Positions 30,599-39,846 of a stretch of DNA of 64,000 nucleotides are shown here, piece by piece. Source of the stretch: Caldisericia bacterium (lineage in GTDB: Bacteria; Caldisericota; Caldisericia; JAAYUI01); NCBI GenBank assembly GCA_963674785.1, contig OY771555.1:1760001-1824000 (forward strand), read 5' to 3'. Below the pieces are notes generated by a model. That model ran no database searches. It worked only from the letters and a program-made list of their open reading frames with translations, and was not told the origin of the DNA. A program made the translations under genes and the position numbers. Position 1 is the first letter of the stretch. Each line of letters begins with the position of its first letter.

Positions 30599-32185
30599 GT
30601 GCGAAAAACGAGTTATATGCTTATTTCAATTGTTTTAGGTTTCATGTTGCTTAGTGGATGCACTTTGTGCCAGCTGAAAGACCTACCCGACCCAATAAAA
30701 GTTCCCGTTCTTGTTGAAGCTGAAGAGGCAAAAGAGGAGTTTTTTCCTCTTGGATGGTATTCCTCGCTTGAACCTTCTGAACTTAAGGAGATTGCCGATC
30801 TTGGCGGAAACTTCGTCATCACATATGTTTTGTCGGGAAGGGAAGACCACAAGATAAAACCGTTCCTTGATGAAGCAGAAAGACTGGGGATTCAGGTTCT
30901 TCTTGATGTAACTGCTGACTGGATGTGGCTTGATGATGATATGCCTCAGCCTTCACATTCAATTGGTGACTGGCGATGGAGCTTCGAATACGCTTACTCA
31001 AAAAGAGCGTCTCATCACGGTGCATTCAGAAAAAATGCTCAAAATGATCATGGGTTCAGATTTGCCGAGGGCGGATACCCAGTTATGAACATCCAGCCCC
31101 ATGACATTATTGAGAATTGGATATACATCCCATCTGATTCAAATGTTTCTGAGCTTATGATTGAATTCTGGGCTGCGAAACTCACTGGGGGATTCAGTTG
31201 GAAATATCGTGTCTATTGGGGTGAAGATAAATGCCAGAGATACTTTGACGGAGAAAAACTTCCAAAAGTTAGAGCAGGAGACATTCCCAAAGAACGTGAC
31301 CAGTGGGTAAAACTAGCATTTGATGTTGACCTTATTGGGCTTGACCAAACCGTTGTTCATGGAATCAATTTTGTAAACTATGGTTCACAGGTGTATTGGG
31401 ATAAACTCACCAGAAGAACAGGTAAAAAGAGACTCGAAGAAAGAGTTGCAGAATTCTGGGATCATCCCGCACTTTACGGATGGTATCTTTGTGATGAACC
31501 AGAAATGAGAAACATTACTCCCGAAAGAATGAAAGAGATATACGATATTGTTCGAGCTGCTGACCCTGACCCAAACAATATTCTTGCCCCAGTCTACCAG
31601 GACTGGAAGGTTGTTGAACCCTACTCAAACTCATCAGATGAGATTTTTATCGATTGTTATCCAGTTGAAACAGATAGACAGGTTCTCGATTGGATGACAA
31701 AATGGGTCTCTGAAGCACAGAGAGTTGCCACGAAACAGGGCAAAAAGTTCTACTTCATCCCACAGGCATTCGGTGACATCTCAGCGTATCCACACTGGAC
31801 AAAACCAAACGAACATCAGTTCAGATGGATGACTTGGACTCCAATAATAATGGGTGCAAGAGGAATTTGCTATTGGGCATATTACGTTGCTCCCGACTAT
31901 CTGATTGCTCAATCAAAAGAGTTGTTTGCTGAGATTAGAAGCTGTATGGATTATTTCCAGTTTGGTGATGTTGTAACAGGATTATCTTGCAATATCACAG
32001 AGGACAGCGACGGTGATGGAAATCCAAATATCCTTTATTCAGTAATTGATTATGACGGAAAAAGGCTCCTTATGATTTCGAATGGAATAAAGAAAACTCA
32101 AAAAGTTGAAATTACAGGTTCAGAGTTTAAATTTGAATCAGAGATTGGTCCACATGAAATCATAATCAAGGAGTTAGACCTATAA
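30599..32185 (+). CDS. Lipoprotein with glycoside-hydrolase-like TIM barrel and an inserted beta domain
   Basis: Lipobox LSGC; FFPLGWY, HPALYGWYLCDEP, GARGICYWAY resemble clan GH-A folds; start placed at GTG 30599 (ATG 30617 alternative). Confidence 0.65.
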   Translation: MRKTSYMLISIVLGFMLLSGCTLCQLKDLPDPIKVPVLVEAEEAKEEFFPLGWYSSLEPSELKEIADLGGNFVITYVLSGREDHKIKPFLDEAERLGIQVLLDVTADWMWLDDDMPQPSHSIGDWRWSFEYAYSKRASHHGAFRKNAQNDHGFRFAEGGYPVMNIQPHDIIENWIYIPSDSNVSELMIEFWAAKLTGGFSWKYRVYWGEDKCQRYFDGEKLPKVRAGDIPKERDQWVKLAFDVDLIGLDQTVVHGINFVNYGSQVYWDKLTRRTGKKRLEERVAEFWDHPALYGWYLCDEPEMRNITPERMKEIYDIVRAADPDPNNILAPVYQDWKVVEPYSNSSDEIFIDCYPVETDRQVLDWMTKWVSEAQRVATKQGKKFYFIPQAFGDISAYPHWTKPNEHQFRWMTWTPIIMGARGICYWAYYVAPDYLIAQSKELFAEIRSCMDYFQFGDVVTGLSCNITEDSDGDGNPNILYSVIDYDGKRLLMISNGIKKTQKVEITGSEFKFESEIGPHEIIIKELDL

Positions 32186-32200
32186 CGGAAGGGGAATCAA

Positions 32201-32389
32201 GTGTTACGTTGGGCAAATAGAATTCTTGCAGTGATAATGATGGTTGGTGGAGTATTAATGGTCGTCATCAAGGATGAGTTTGGTCACCCGATCGGTTTTT
32301 CTATTCCAAGCCATATTACTCCATGGTTGGCATGGATCATCATTATCGTTGGATTTTCATACTTCCTGATTTCATTTTTTAAAGAGTGA
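32201..32389 (+). CDS. Small two-TM hypothetical protein
   Basis: GGAAGGGG SD, two hydrophobic helices, GTGA overlap with sigma gene. Confidence 0.65.
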   Translation: MLRWANRILAVIMMVGGVLMVVIKDEFGHPIGFSIPSHITPWLAWIIIIVGFSYFLISFFKE

Positions 32390-32925
32390 GTAAACTTAAA
32401 AACGAAGAAAACATAATAAGAAGGGCAAAGGAAGGTGATGTAACCGCCTTCGAAGAGATCATTGAAGCCTTTCAGGATGTCGTATACACAAAATCATACT
32501 ACATAATGGGAAACCAGGAAGATGCTCTTGATGTTATGCAATCGGTCTTCCTCAAGGTTTTCATGAGTATAAAGAGGTTTAAAGGGCAATCAATGCTCTC
32601 TACCTGGATTTATAGGATAACTGTCAATACGTGCCTTAGAGAGCTCAAAAAGCGCAAAAGGATTCCTCCTGCCGAGGTTGACATTGAACTGACCCCAATT
32701 GACAAAACAATACAATCGGAGGAAGAAGTCATAGCAGAAAAAGTTCTAAATAAACTACCTGACCCTTACAGGGTCATTCTCATCATGCGTGAGATGAGCG
32801 ACATGTCTTTCAAGGACATCGCAAAGGAATTAAAGATTAAAGAAAACCTCGCAAAGGTTAGAGCCTTTAGAGCAAAGAATAGATTTAAACAACTAATGAA
32901 GGAGTATTTAAAAGATGGCGAATAA
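32386..32925 (+). CDS. ECF-type RNA polymerase sigma factor
   Basis: GDVTAFEEI, DALDVMQSVF, STWIYRITVN region 2; SFKDIAKEL region 4. Confidence 0.9.
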   Translation: MSKLKNEENIIRRAKEGDVTAFEEIIEAFQDVVYTKSYYIMGNQEDALDVMQSVFLKVFMSIKRFKGQSMLSTWIYRITVNTCLRELKKRKRIPPAEVDIELTPIDKTIQSEEEVIAEKVLNKLPDPYRVILIMREMSDMSFKDIAKELKIKENLAKVRAFRAKNRFKQLMKEYLKDGE

Positions 32926-33814
32926 TGCATTTTTGATGCCCGGACAGGGCTCACAATATGTCGGAATGACTGAAAAGCTTAAGCAATTCCCGGACGCAAT
33001 GAAGATCATCTCTGATGCAAATGACATTCTCGGATTCGACCTCGCAAAACTTATGGAAGAGGGACCAGCAGAAGAACTCACTCAAACAGAAAATACCCAA
33101 CCTGCCCTTGTTGCCACCTCCTGTGCCTGGCTCCAGGTTGTCAGATCAAAAGGAACCGACTGTTCACTTGCCCTTGGTCACAGCCTTGGGGAATACTCTG
33201 CCCTTTACACAGCCGGTGCAATAAGCCTTGAAACTGCACTCAAGTTAGTTCGAAAACGCGGAGAACTCATGCGTGATGCAACAAAATCAATCCCAGGAAC
33301 AATGGGCGCGATCATCAGACTTGAAAAATCCAAGGTTGAAGAGGTTTGCAAAGAAGCGTCAGAGCTTGGCGTTTGTGAACCAGCAAACTACAACTCAAAA
33401 GATCAGATTGTTGTTTCGGGTCAAGTTGAGGCCGTAAAAAAGGCTATGGAGCTTGCAAAAGAGGCAGGAGCGAGAATGGCAAAACTTCTTCCAGTTTCAG
33501 CACCATTCCATTCATCCCTTATGGATCCAGTAGCAGAAGAATTTGCAACATACATCAATAACGCCGAAATTAAAGATGCCAACTTCCCAATCATTGCAAA
33601 CTGTGATGCTAAACCAACACAGAAAAAAGAAGAGATCAGGGAAAAACTCATCAAACAAATCAACTCACCTGTTTTATGGGAAAAATCCATCCTTGTCTCA
33701 ATGACAATGGAGATAGATTACTATCTCGAAGTTGGAGTAAAAAACGTGCTTGCTGGGCTAAACAAAAGAATTGTCCCAAATCTCACAACAGAAAACGTCG
33801 AAGCAATATTTTAA
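32915..33814 (+). CDS. fabD: Malonyl-CoA:ACP transacylase
   Basis: PGQGSQ, TQPAL, GHSLGEY, VSAPFHS. Confidence 0.97.
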   Translation: MANNAFLMPGQGSQYVGMTEKLKQFPDAMKIISDANDILGFDLAKLMEEGPAEELTQTENTQPALVATSCAWLQVVRSKGTDCSLALGHSLGEYSALYTAGAISLETALKLVRKRGELMRDATKSIPGTMGAIIRLEKSKVEEVCKEASELGVCEPANYNSKDQIVVSGQVEAVKKAMELAKEAGARMAKLLPVSAPFHSSLMDPVAEEFATYINNAEIKDANFPIIANCDAKPTQKKEEIREKLIKQINSPVLWEKSILVSMTMEIDYYLEVGVKNVLAGLNKRIVPNLTTENVEAIF

Positions 33815-33838
33815 AAGAAAAAGATATACACCCAAAAG

Positions 33839-33875
33839 AAAAAAAGGCACAAAGTTCAAAGTTTGTGCCTTTTTT
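33839..33875. terminator. Bidirectional terminator
   Basis: AAAAAGGCACAAA...TTTGTGCCTTTTTT between convergent genes. Confidence 0.8.
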
Positions 33876-33901
33876 AATATACAAAAAGTTACAAGTTCAG
33901 C

Positions 33902-34615
33902 TTACTCGCCAAGTGCTTCCTTGATTGCCTCAGTAAGGGCATGAACTTTGCTCTCGTCAAATCCGGTGTGCTGATAAAGGATTGTCATATCTTTGTCAAT
34001 GAGGAATGTTCTTGGGATTGAAGTTACACCAAGCTGTTTTGCCATTTCTCTGTTGCCATCTACAGGAATACCATATGTGATATCTCTTATGTATGGGTCT
34101 TCAGCAGTTGCCTTTTCATATCCAAGTTTATCAAATGACTTGTGGATTTTTGGGTCAACTTCAAGTGTTTCCTGAATCTCTTCTTCCTGTGAGCATTCGT
34201 CAATTGTTACTGCAAGAACACCAAGTCCTTTTTCACCATAGTGTCTGTAGTCATCTTCAAGGAATGGAAGTTCTTCTTTGCATGGCTCACACCAGACTGC
34301 CCAGAAATCGACAACGAGCACTTCAAGCTCTTCATCTTCCATATATTCTGAAATTGAGGTATTGATACCAAGTGAACATGGATGAAGATCAAACTGGAGA
34401 TCAGGCATCTTGTCGCCAACGCTAAGCTTGACATCTGAACTGAGTCCCTCAACTACGAGTTCGTCACCCTGTTCTTCACCATTACCGTTGTTATCAGTTG
34501 TCTGACCATTATCAACAGGCTTTCCGTTATCTTTTTCTCCACCACAGGCGACCAAAGTAACTGAACCCAATAAAACAACCACCAATACAAGAGCAAGTAA
34601 TTTTGAAAATTTCAT
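33902..34615 (-). CDS. TlpA/ResA-like thiol-disulfide oxidoreductase lipoprotein
   Basis: Lipobox LVAC, DFWAVWCEPC, GVTSIPRTFLID; AAGGAG SD before ATG 34615. Confidence 0.88.
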   Translation of the reverse strand: MKFSKLLALVLVVVLLGSVTLVACGGEKDNGKPVDNGQTTDNNGNGEEQGDELVVEGLSSDVKLSVGDKMPDLQFDLHPCSLGINTSISEYMEDEELEVLVVDFWAVWCEPCKEELPFLEDDYRHYGEKGLGVLAVTIDECSQEEEIQETLEVDPKIHKSFDKLGYEKATAEDPYIRDITYGIPVDGNREMAKQLGVTSIPRTFLIDKDMTILYQHTGFDESKVHALTEAIKEALGE

Positions 34616-34827
34616 ATGTACTCCTTTCATATATACTACAATTTACCACGACCAAAAATTCAGTCAAGTTTAAAATAAATCAATTTCGAAGCAAATCTTA
34701 ATCAAAACTTACCCCTTAGTTTCTAACAAAACAATACCAAGAATGGACAGTAAAAATTGATAACAAAACACCCAATATAAAACTAATTCTTGATGAGTTT
34801 TAAAATAGCAAAATCGGGTAATTTCAA

Positions 34828-34856
34828 TTGACAGGTCACAGGTCAAATGATACTAT
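34828..34856 (+). promoter_or_regulatory. Promoter of mglB-mglA
   Basis: TTGACA-17nt-TACTAT with TGn extension; tandem ACAGGTC x2 over -35 and spacer. Confidence 0.7.
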
Positions 34857-34891
34857 CTAGCAGTAAGCTCAAAAAGAGAAGGAGCAAGGAT

Positions 34892-35368
34892 ATGGGTGAA
34901 AAATTAACGAACTTGGTTATTTCCGAAAAGGAACTTAGAGAGATCGATGAGTATCTTGCAAAAACGCTTATCGATTCACAGGCAAAGCATATTTTTCTCG
35001 TTGACAAATCTGGTCAGCTTGTAAGTAAACATGGTCCCGCAACAAGACAGGCAGCATCAGCAATCGCAGCACTTTCAGCTGGTGTATACGCCGCAACAAA
35101 CGAACTTGCAAGACAGATTGGTGAAAACGAGTTTACAATCACATTCCATCAGGGTTCTGAAAACAACATCCATATATCACTTCTTACACAAGAATCCCTT
35201 TTGATTATGATTTTTGATAACCGTGCCCCAATTGGAGCAATCCGTTTCTGGGCAAAGAAGATCAGTGGAATACTTGTTCCAATTATTGAGCGTATGATGC
35301 AGGCAGTACCAGATGAGTTTGCATCAGGCGGTCTTGAGGACGATCTTGATCTAGATAATATTCTTTAA
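34892..35368 (+). CDS. mglB: Roadblock/LC7 protein MglB
   Basis: LVDKSGQLV, AIAALSAG..AATNELA..IGENEF...FHQG; adjacent to mglA; AAGGAG SD. Confidence 0.88.
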   Translation: MGEKLTNLVISEKELREIDEYLAKTLIDSQAKHIFLVDKSGQLVSKHGPATRQAASAIAALSAGVYAATNELARQIGENEFTITFHQGSENNIHISLLTQESLLIMIFDNRAPIGAIRFWAKKISGILVPIIERMMQAVPDEFASGGLEDDLDLDNIL

Positions 35369-35391
35369 TTTTTCTGGAGAACATAAAACAT

Positions 35392-35973
35392 ATGGCACTT
35401 GTAAACTTTGCTACCAAAGAAATCAACGTTAAGGTTGTTTATTATGGACCCGCACTCTCTGGAAAAACAACAAACCTTCAAATCATCTACGATTACGTCC
35501 CAGAAAACGTTAAGGGAAATTTCACATCCATCGCCACCCAGACTGAAAGAACACTCTTTTTTGACTTCATGCCACTTGACCTCGGAAAAGTCAGGGGATT
35601 TGACTTGAGACTTGGTGTGTACACAGTTCCTGGTCAAGCGATCTATGGATTAACAAGAAAATCAATACTCAAGTCGGTTGACGCGGTTGTTTTCGTTGCA
35701 GACTCAGACCCTGACAAATTCGAAGCAAACATCGACAGTTTTGAGGATATGGTCGACAACCTTGCTGAGTACGGACTCGACCTTGAAAAAGTCCCCCTAG
35801 TAATTCAGTACAACAAACGTGATCTTGATAACGCAATTCCAATCGAAAGACTTGAGGAAGCACTCAACCCTGAAGGAAGATTCCCCGCATTCGAAGCGGT
35901 TGCAGTCAGCGGCGAAGGGGTAAGAGAAACTCTAAAACATATTACAAAATTGGCGGTAGCCAGAATCCATTAG
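35392..35973 (+). CDS. mglA: Small GTPase MglA (group 1)
   Basis: KVVYYGPALSGKTTNL, ERTLFFDF, YTVPGQ, QYNKRDL. Confidence 0.93.
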   Translation: MALVNFATKEINVKVVYYGPALSGKTTNLQIIYDYVPENVKGNFTSIATQTERTLFFDFMPLDLGKVRGFDLRLGVYTVPGQAIYGLTRKSILKSVDAVVFVADSDPDKFEANIDSFEDMVDNLAEYGLDLEKVPLVIQYNKRDLDNAIPIERLEEALNPEGRFPAFEAVAVSGEGVRETLKHITKLAVARIH

Positions 35974-36686
35974 GATACTGGCTCACCGATAACCGTTATG
36001 TAAACAGGAATCTCAAATTCACTCTTGAGATCCAAAAATTCTGATACTTTATCATCGAAGAATGCGCCCACATTGCATGAACCCAATCCGATGTTTTCGC
36101 ATATTAATTGAACCTGAGCTCCGATATGACCTGCATCAAGGAAGATATATCTATAACCACGCTCATGATACCTTGAGGTAGTTCTGGCAGTAACAGCTGT
36201 TTGGATAAAAGAAATCTGACAATCTGTAATCATTTTCTGACCCAGACAAGCATCCTGAAACTCTTTTGTCAAATCCCCAAGTTTTAACGGGATAAGTTTT
36301 TCATTTAAATGATCGTAGAAATACAAACCTTTTTCCAAACCTGAGACATTATTGACCATAACATAGTTGTTGAAGGGGTGTCTATTTCCAGCAGAGGCAA
36401 CCGACCTAAGCTTTGCAACACCAACTTCTCCAGTTATTCCCTGTGTCAGATAAAGAATTTTTGAAAGCTGCTCTAAGGTCATTGGAGCTTCACTAAAGTT
36501 TCTTTTGCTTCTCCTCGATACCACGAGCTTTGATAATGGATCATCAAGTTTTGGTCTTTGAAGATTAATTGGCTCATGAGTTGATTTTGGATTATCAACC
36601 ATCGGTTCTTCAATTGTTCTTGGCTCAAAACCTTCTGACGAAAGATACGAAGTTTCTTTGAAAAATTTTTGACCACTATTTTCCAT
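35970..36686 (-). CDS. SagB/ThcOx family nitroreductase-like dehydrogenase
   Basis: RRSKRNF, RSVASAGNRHP, RYHERGYRYIFLDAGH, GAFFDD; GGAGG SD before ATG 36686. Confidence 0.88.
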   Translation of the reverse strand: MENSGQKFFKETSYLSSEGFEPRTIEEPMVDNPKSTHEPINLQRPKLDDPLSKLVVSRRSKRNFSEAPMTLEQLSKILYLTQGITGEVGVAKLRSVASAGNRHPFNNYVMVNNVSGLEKGLYFYDHLNEKLIPLKLGDLTKEFQDACLGQKMITDCQISFIQTAVTARTTSRYHERGYRYIFLDAGHIGAQVQLICENIGLGSCNVGAFFDDKVSEFLDLKSEFEIPVYITVIGEPVS

Positions 36687-36787
36687 ATTGTCCTCCATGT
36701 GTTAAACTTCTTACAAGTCTAACTTGAACTTGATAAATAAAAAGGCGGTATTGGAAATAAATGAAGAAGTTAAGTTGGAGGAAATTA

Positions 36788-39745
36788 ATGAAATTACCGA
36801 AAATTATATCTGTCCTCACAGTAACACTGTTGATTGTAACAATGTTTGCAAGTGTTAATACACCTGAGGCAGAAGCAGCTCCATTGAGTACTGGACAGTC
36901 TCTAATCGTAACCTCATCACCATCGGTTTTAACCGCCGGTGTTGTTTCAGAGCTGATTGACCCATCACTTCCACTTATGATCAAGGTAACAGATCAGGAT
37001 GGTACACCAATCGATCTGACAGTATCAGCAGACGGAGAAACTATCAAAACAGATGATGTTTGGAATCTATTGTTTAGAGACCCCCATCCTGATAACAGAG
37101 ATTATTTTGGATCATCAGCCTCTCTTCCACAATACTACTGGACTAGAACTGATCTTCACAATGATGACGGCACAGAGGTCTGCAACGAAACACTATTTGG
37201 CAAAGATATGATTGATATCGATTTCTCAAGAGCATCTGAGGGTATCTATATCTTTGAGGGTTTCGTGGCAAATGATGTTGGAAACTTCTATATCAGCGTA
37301 ACCACACCAGATAGAAGAAGAGCAGGGTCGGTAAAAATCCAGGTAAAATCACCTATTGTAAGTTATGAGATAGTAAATATGGATGATCCAGACCTAAGGG
37401 TTTTTGACTCTCCTGACGATCCCGATTTTGTAATGACTGCACTTGATAATCGAATCTACAACATAAGAGTTACCGCAAAAGATGCCATGGGAAATGTGAT
37501 TCGTGGAGTAAGCGAGGGAGTGAGTCTTTGCACTGGAATCAAAAGAACTGCCAGATTCACACCATTTACAACTAGACCAGCAAACTATGGATGGTCAGAA
37601 GAACCAACTGAAATAGTAGACACAAATTTTTATTCAGGTGGAACCGCATATTTCCTCTCGGATGTCGGCGACAGATACGATCTTCACATTGGACTCGATC
37701 TGGACAATAATGGAAAACTTGAATGGACAAACAAAGAACTTCATAGATTTGGTCCACAATATGTCTTTAACCCAGAGAGAAGATCAAACACCGGATATTA
37801 CACATACTACAACACAACAAACTACATGTACAAAGACGGTGATTTTTCTGAGCATCCTTTCTTTGATCTTCCGCCAGCACTTCATGGTGGATGGGGTCTC
37901 GGATGTATCTATAACAGTTCCAAATTTGGTGGGATGGTTATGTCTGATTTCAATGATGACTACAAGATTGACTATCGAGATAGCTTGAATCTTGATAGCA
38001 CAGGACAAACTTCATTCTATCTTTTTGCAGAAGATGCCTGTTTTGTTGGCGGACTCGTTGGAAATAGTTATTGGGGTGACTACGATGTGGCTGGAAGACC
38101 TCCATACTCAGAGACATCTCCACAATACATCACATCAAGATACAAAGGTGATGGAACATACTATCTCGATTTTGACGCCATCCCAGACAATGTCTGCAAA
38201 CTTGAACCGCCAAAATTCAAACTTCTTTGGGCAAAGACAAGAGAAGAGATTGGAAAATCAATGTTCAACACTGACCTTTACGATCTTATCTATGCTGCCC
38301 AAAACCATGTTGTTGCAATCGTTTCTCCTGCCGATGAAAGAGACATCCCAATCCAGTCATCAGGTGAGGTTGGAATGGTAGGTAACCAGCACGAAACTGC
38401 AATCTATGGAAGACTCGAATACGAAGAAGAATTTGGGACAACAGAAACAACAATTCATTTCACACCAACAGGTGTTGGAAGCAAAGTAATCGAGGTCAGA
38501 TACCAGGCTGCAAATAGATGGTACAATGCGGGTCTTGATGGTTCACCAAGACATTATTACATCGAAGAAGTGTTTTGGATCGACTCTGTCAAAGGTCTTG
38601 CTCTGGACATCATACTTGATGAGGAACCAAAAATCGGGAAAGAATCCACCATTAAAATCCTCTGCCAAGAACTTGGCTCAAAAAAGCCCGTTTCAGACGT
38701 TCTTGTAACTCTCAGTGGTGGCGGAGTTCATCAGAGTGAAGTGTCTGGAATTGACGGGATAGCAACATTTACATGTGAGTTTGAAAATACCGGAGAAATT
38801 GAAATAACAGTTGAAAAAGACGGTTTCAATTCAGGTATCAATACATTCATGGTTGGTGCTGACGATGAACCACCAACACTTGAGGTCGAAGAACTTCCCA
38901 AGATAACAAGAGATAGAAATGTTATAATCGAAGGAATCACAACACCTGGATCAATTGTTAAAATCGAGGGAGAAGAGATTCCTGTTGACTCAAACGGAAA
39001 ATTCATGAAAAACTACACCCTCGAAACAGGAAAAAATATCATTGAAGTTATATCAGAGGATGATTCTGGAAACCAGACCAAGGTCGAACTTGAAGTAACC
39101 CTTGATGACATTCCACCAGAAATCCTTATTGATGACATTGAAAAACAGGTCGATGTTGACGAAGTTATCATCAGTGGGCGTGTTGAGGTTGGCTCAATGG
39201 TCAGAGTTGGTGATACTGAGGCAACCGTCGTAAACGATGTTTTCAAGGCAACCATACCAGTTGTACCTGGAGTTAATAAAATTGAAGTATCGGCAATGGA
39301 TTCCGCCGGAAACAGTAATACAAAAGAGGTAAGCGTTACAATTTGGCATAAGACAGTGATTCAAATGCAGATCGACAATACCATTGTTATTGTTGATGGA
39401 AAACTTACCCCAACCCTTGAAGCCCCACCATACATCAAAAATGACAGAACTATGGTTCCAATCAGAGCAATCTCTCAGGGTTTCGGGGCAACAGTGAAAT
39501 GGTTCCCAGAGGACAGAACTGTTGCGGTATCACTTGACGACGGACTTGGGCAGATTTCAATCATAATGCAGATTGGTTCAAAAACTGCATTTGTTGGTAA
39601 CGATCTTATTACACTTGATGCAGAACCCGAAATCGTAAACGGTAGAACATTTGTTCCATTGAGATTTGTTGCTGAAAGCCTTGGCTGCGAAGTTGAGTAT
39701 CAAGCTGAAGAAAAAATTATAATAATGGAACGAATAGCTTATTAG
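36788..39745 (+). CDS. Large secreted protein with Ig-like repeats and C-terminal stalk domain
   Basis: Signal peptide ending AEA; Ig-like G.N.I.V...D..GN repeats; RTMVPIRAI and RTFVPLRFVAESLG. Confidence 0.8.
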   Translation: MKLPKIISVLTVTLLIVTMFASVNTPEAEAAPLSTGQSLIVTSSPSVLTAGVVSELIDPSLPLMIKVTDQDGTPIDLTVSADGETIKTDDVWNLLFRDPHPDNRDYFGSSASLPQYYWTRTDLHNDDGTEVCNETLFGKDMIDIDFSRASEGIYIFEGFVANDVGNFYISVTTPDRRRAGSVKIQVKSPIVSYEIVNMDDPDLRVFDSPDDPDFVMTALDNRIYNIRVTAKDAMGNVIRGVSEGVSLCTGIKRTARFTPFTTRPANYGWSEEPTEIVDTNFYSGGTAYFLSDVGDRYDLHIGLDLDNNGKLEWTNKELHRFGPQYVFNPERRSNTGYYTYYNTTNYMYKDGDFSEHPFFDLPPALHGGWGLGCIYNSSKFGGMVMSDFNDDYKIDYRDSLNLDSTGQTSFYLFAEDACFVGGLVGNSYWGDYDVAGRPPYSETSPQYITSRYKGDGTYYLDFDAIPDNVCKLEPPKFKLLWAKTREEIGKSMFNTDLYDLIYAAQNHVVAIVSPADERDIPIQSSGEVGMVGNQHETAIYGRLEYEEEFGTTETTIHFTPTGVGSKVIEVRYQAANRWYNAGLDGSPRHYYIEEVFWIDSVKGLALDIILDEEPKIGKESTIKILCQELGSKKPVSDVLVTLSGGGVHQSEVSGIDGIATFTCEFENTGEIEITVEKDGFNSGINTFMVGADDEPPTLEVEELPKITRDRNVIIEGITTPGSIVKIEGEEIPVDSNGKFMKNYTLETGKNIIEVISEDDSGNQTKVELEVTLDDIPPEILIDDIEKQVDVDEVIISGRVEVGSMVRVGDTEATVVNDVFKATIPVVPGVNKIEVSAMDSAGNSNTKEVSVTIWHKTVIQMQIDNTIVIVDGKLTPTLEAPPYIKNDRTMVPIRAISQGFGATVKWFPEDRTVAVSLDDGLGQISIIMQIGSKTAFVGNDLITLDAEPEIVNGRTFVPLRFVAESLGCEVEYQAEEKIIIMERIAY

Positions 39746-39770
39746 TTAGTATTATACATGAAACAACAAG

Positions 39771-39806
39771 AAAACGGGTTGATACATCTTGTGTCAATCC
39801 GTTTTT
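39771..39806 (+). terminator. Probable terminator
   Basis: AAAACGGGTTGATAC...GTGTCAATCCGTTTTT hairpin. Confidence 0.65.
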
Positions 39807-39846
39807 AGATTTGACTGAAAAAAATTAAGGTTTATCATAAAGAACA

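Noticed and set aside
3800-36686. RiPP (azole peptide) cluster from TldD/E plus SagB-like dehydrogenase
   Set aside because: Genes are about 30 kb apart; no YcaO, precursor peptide or transporter seen
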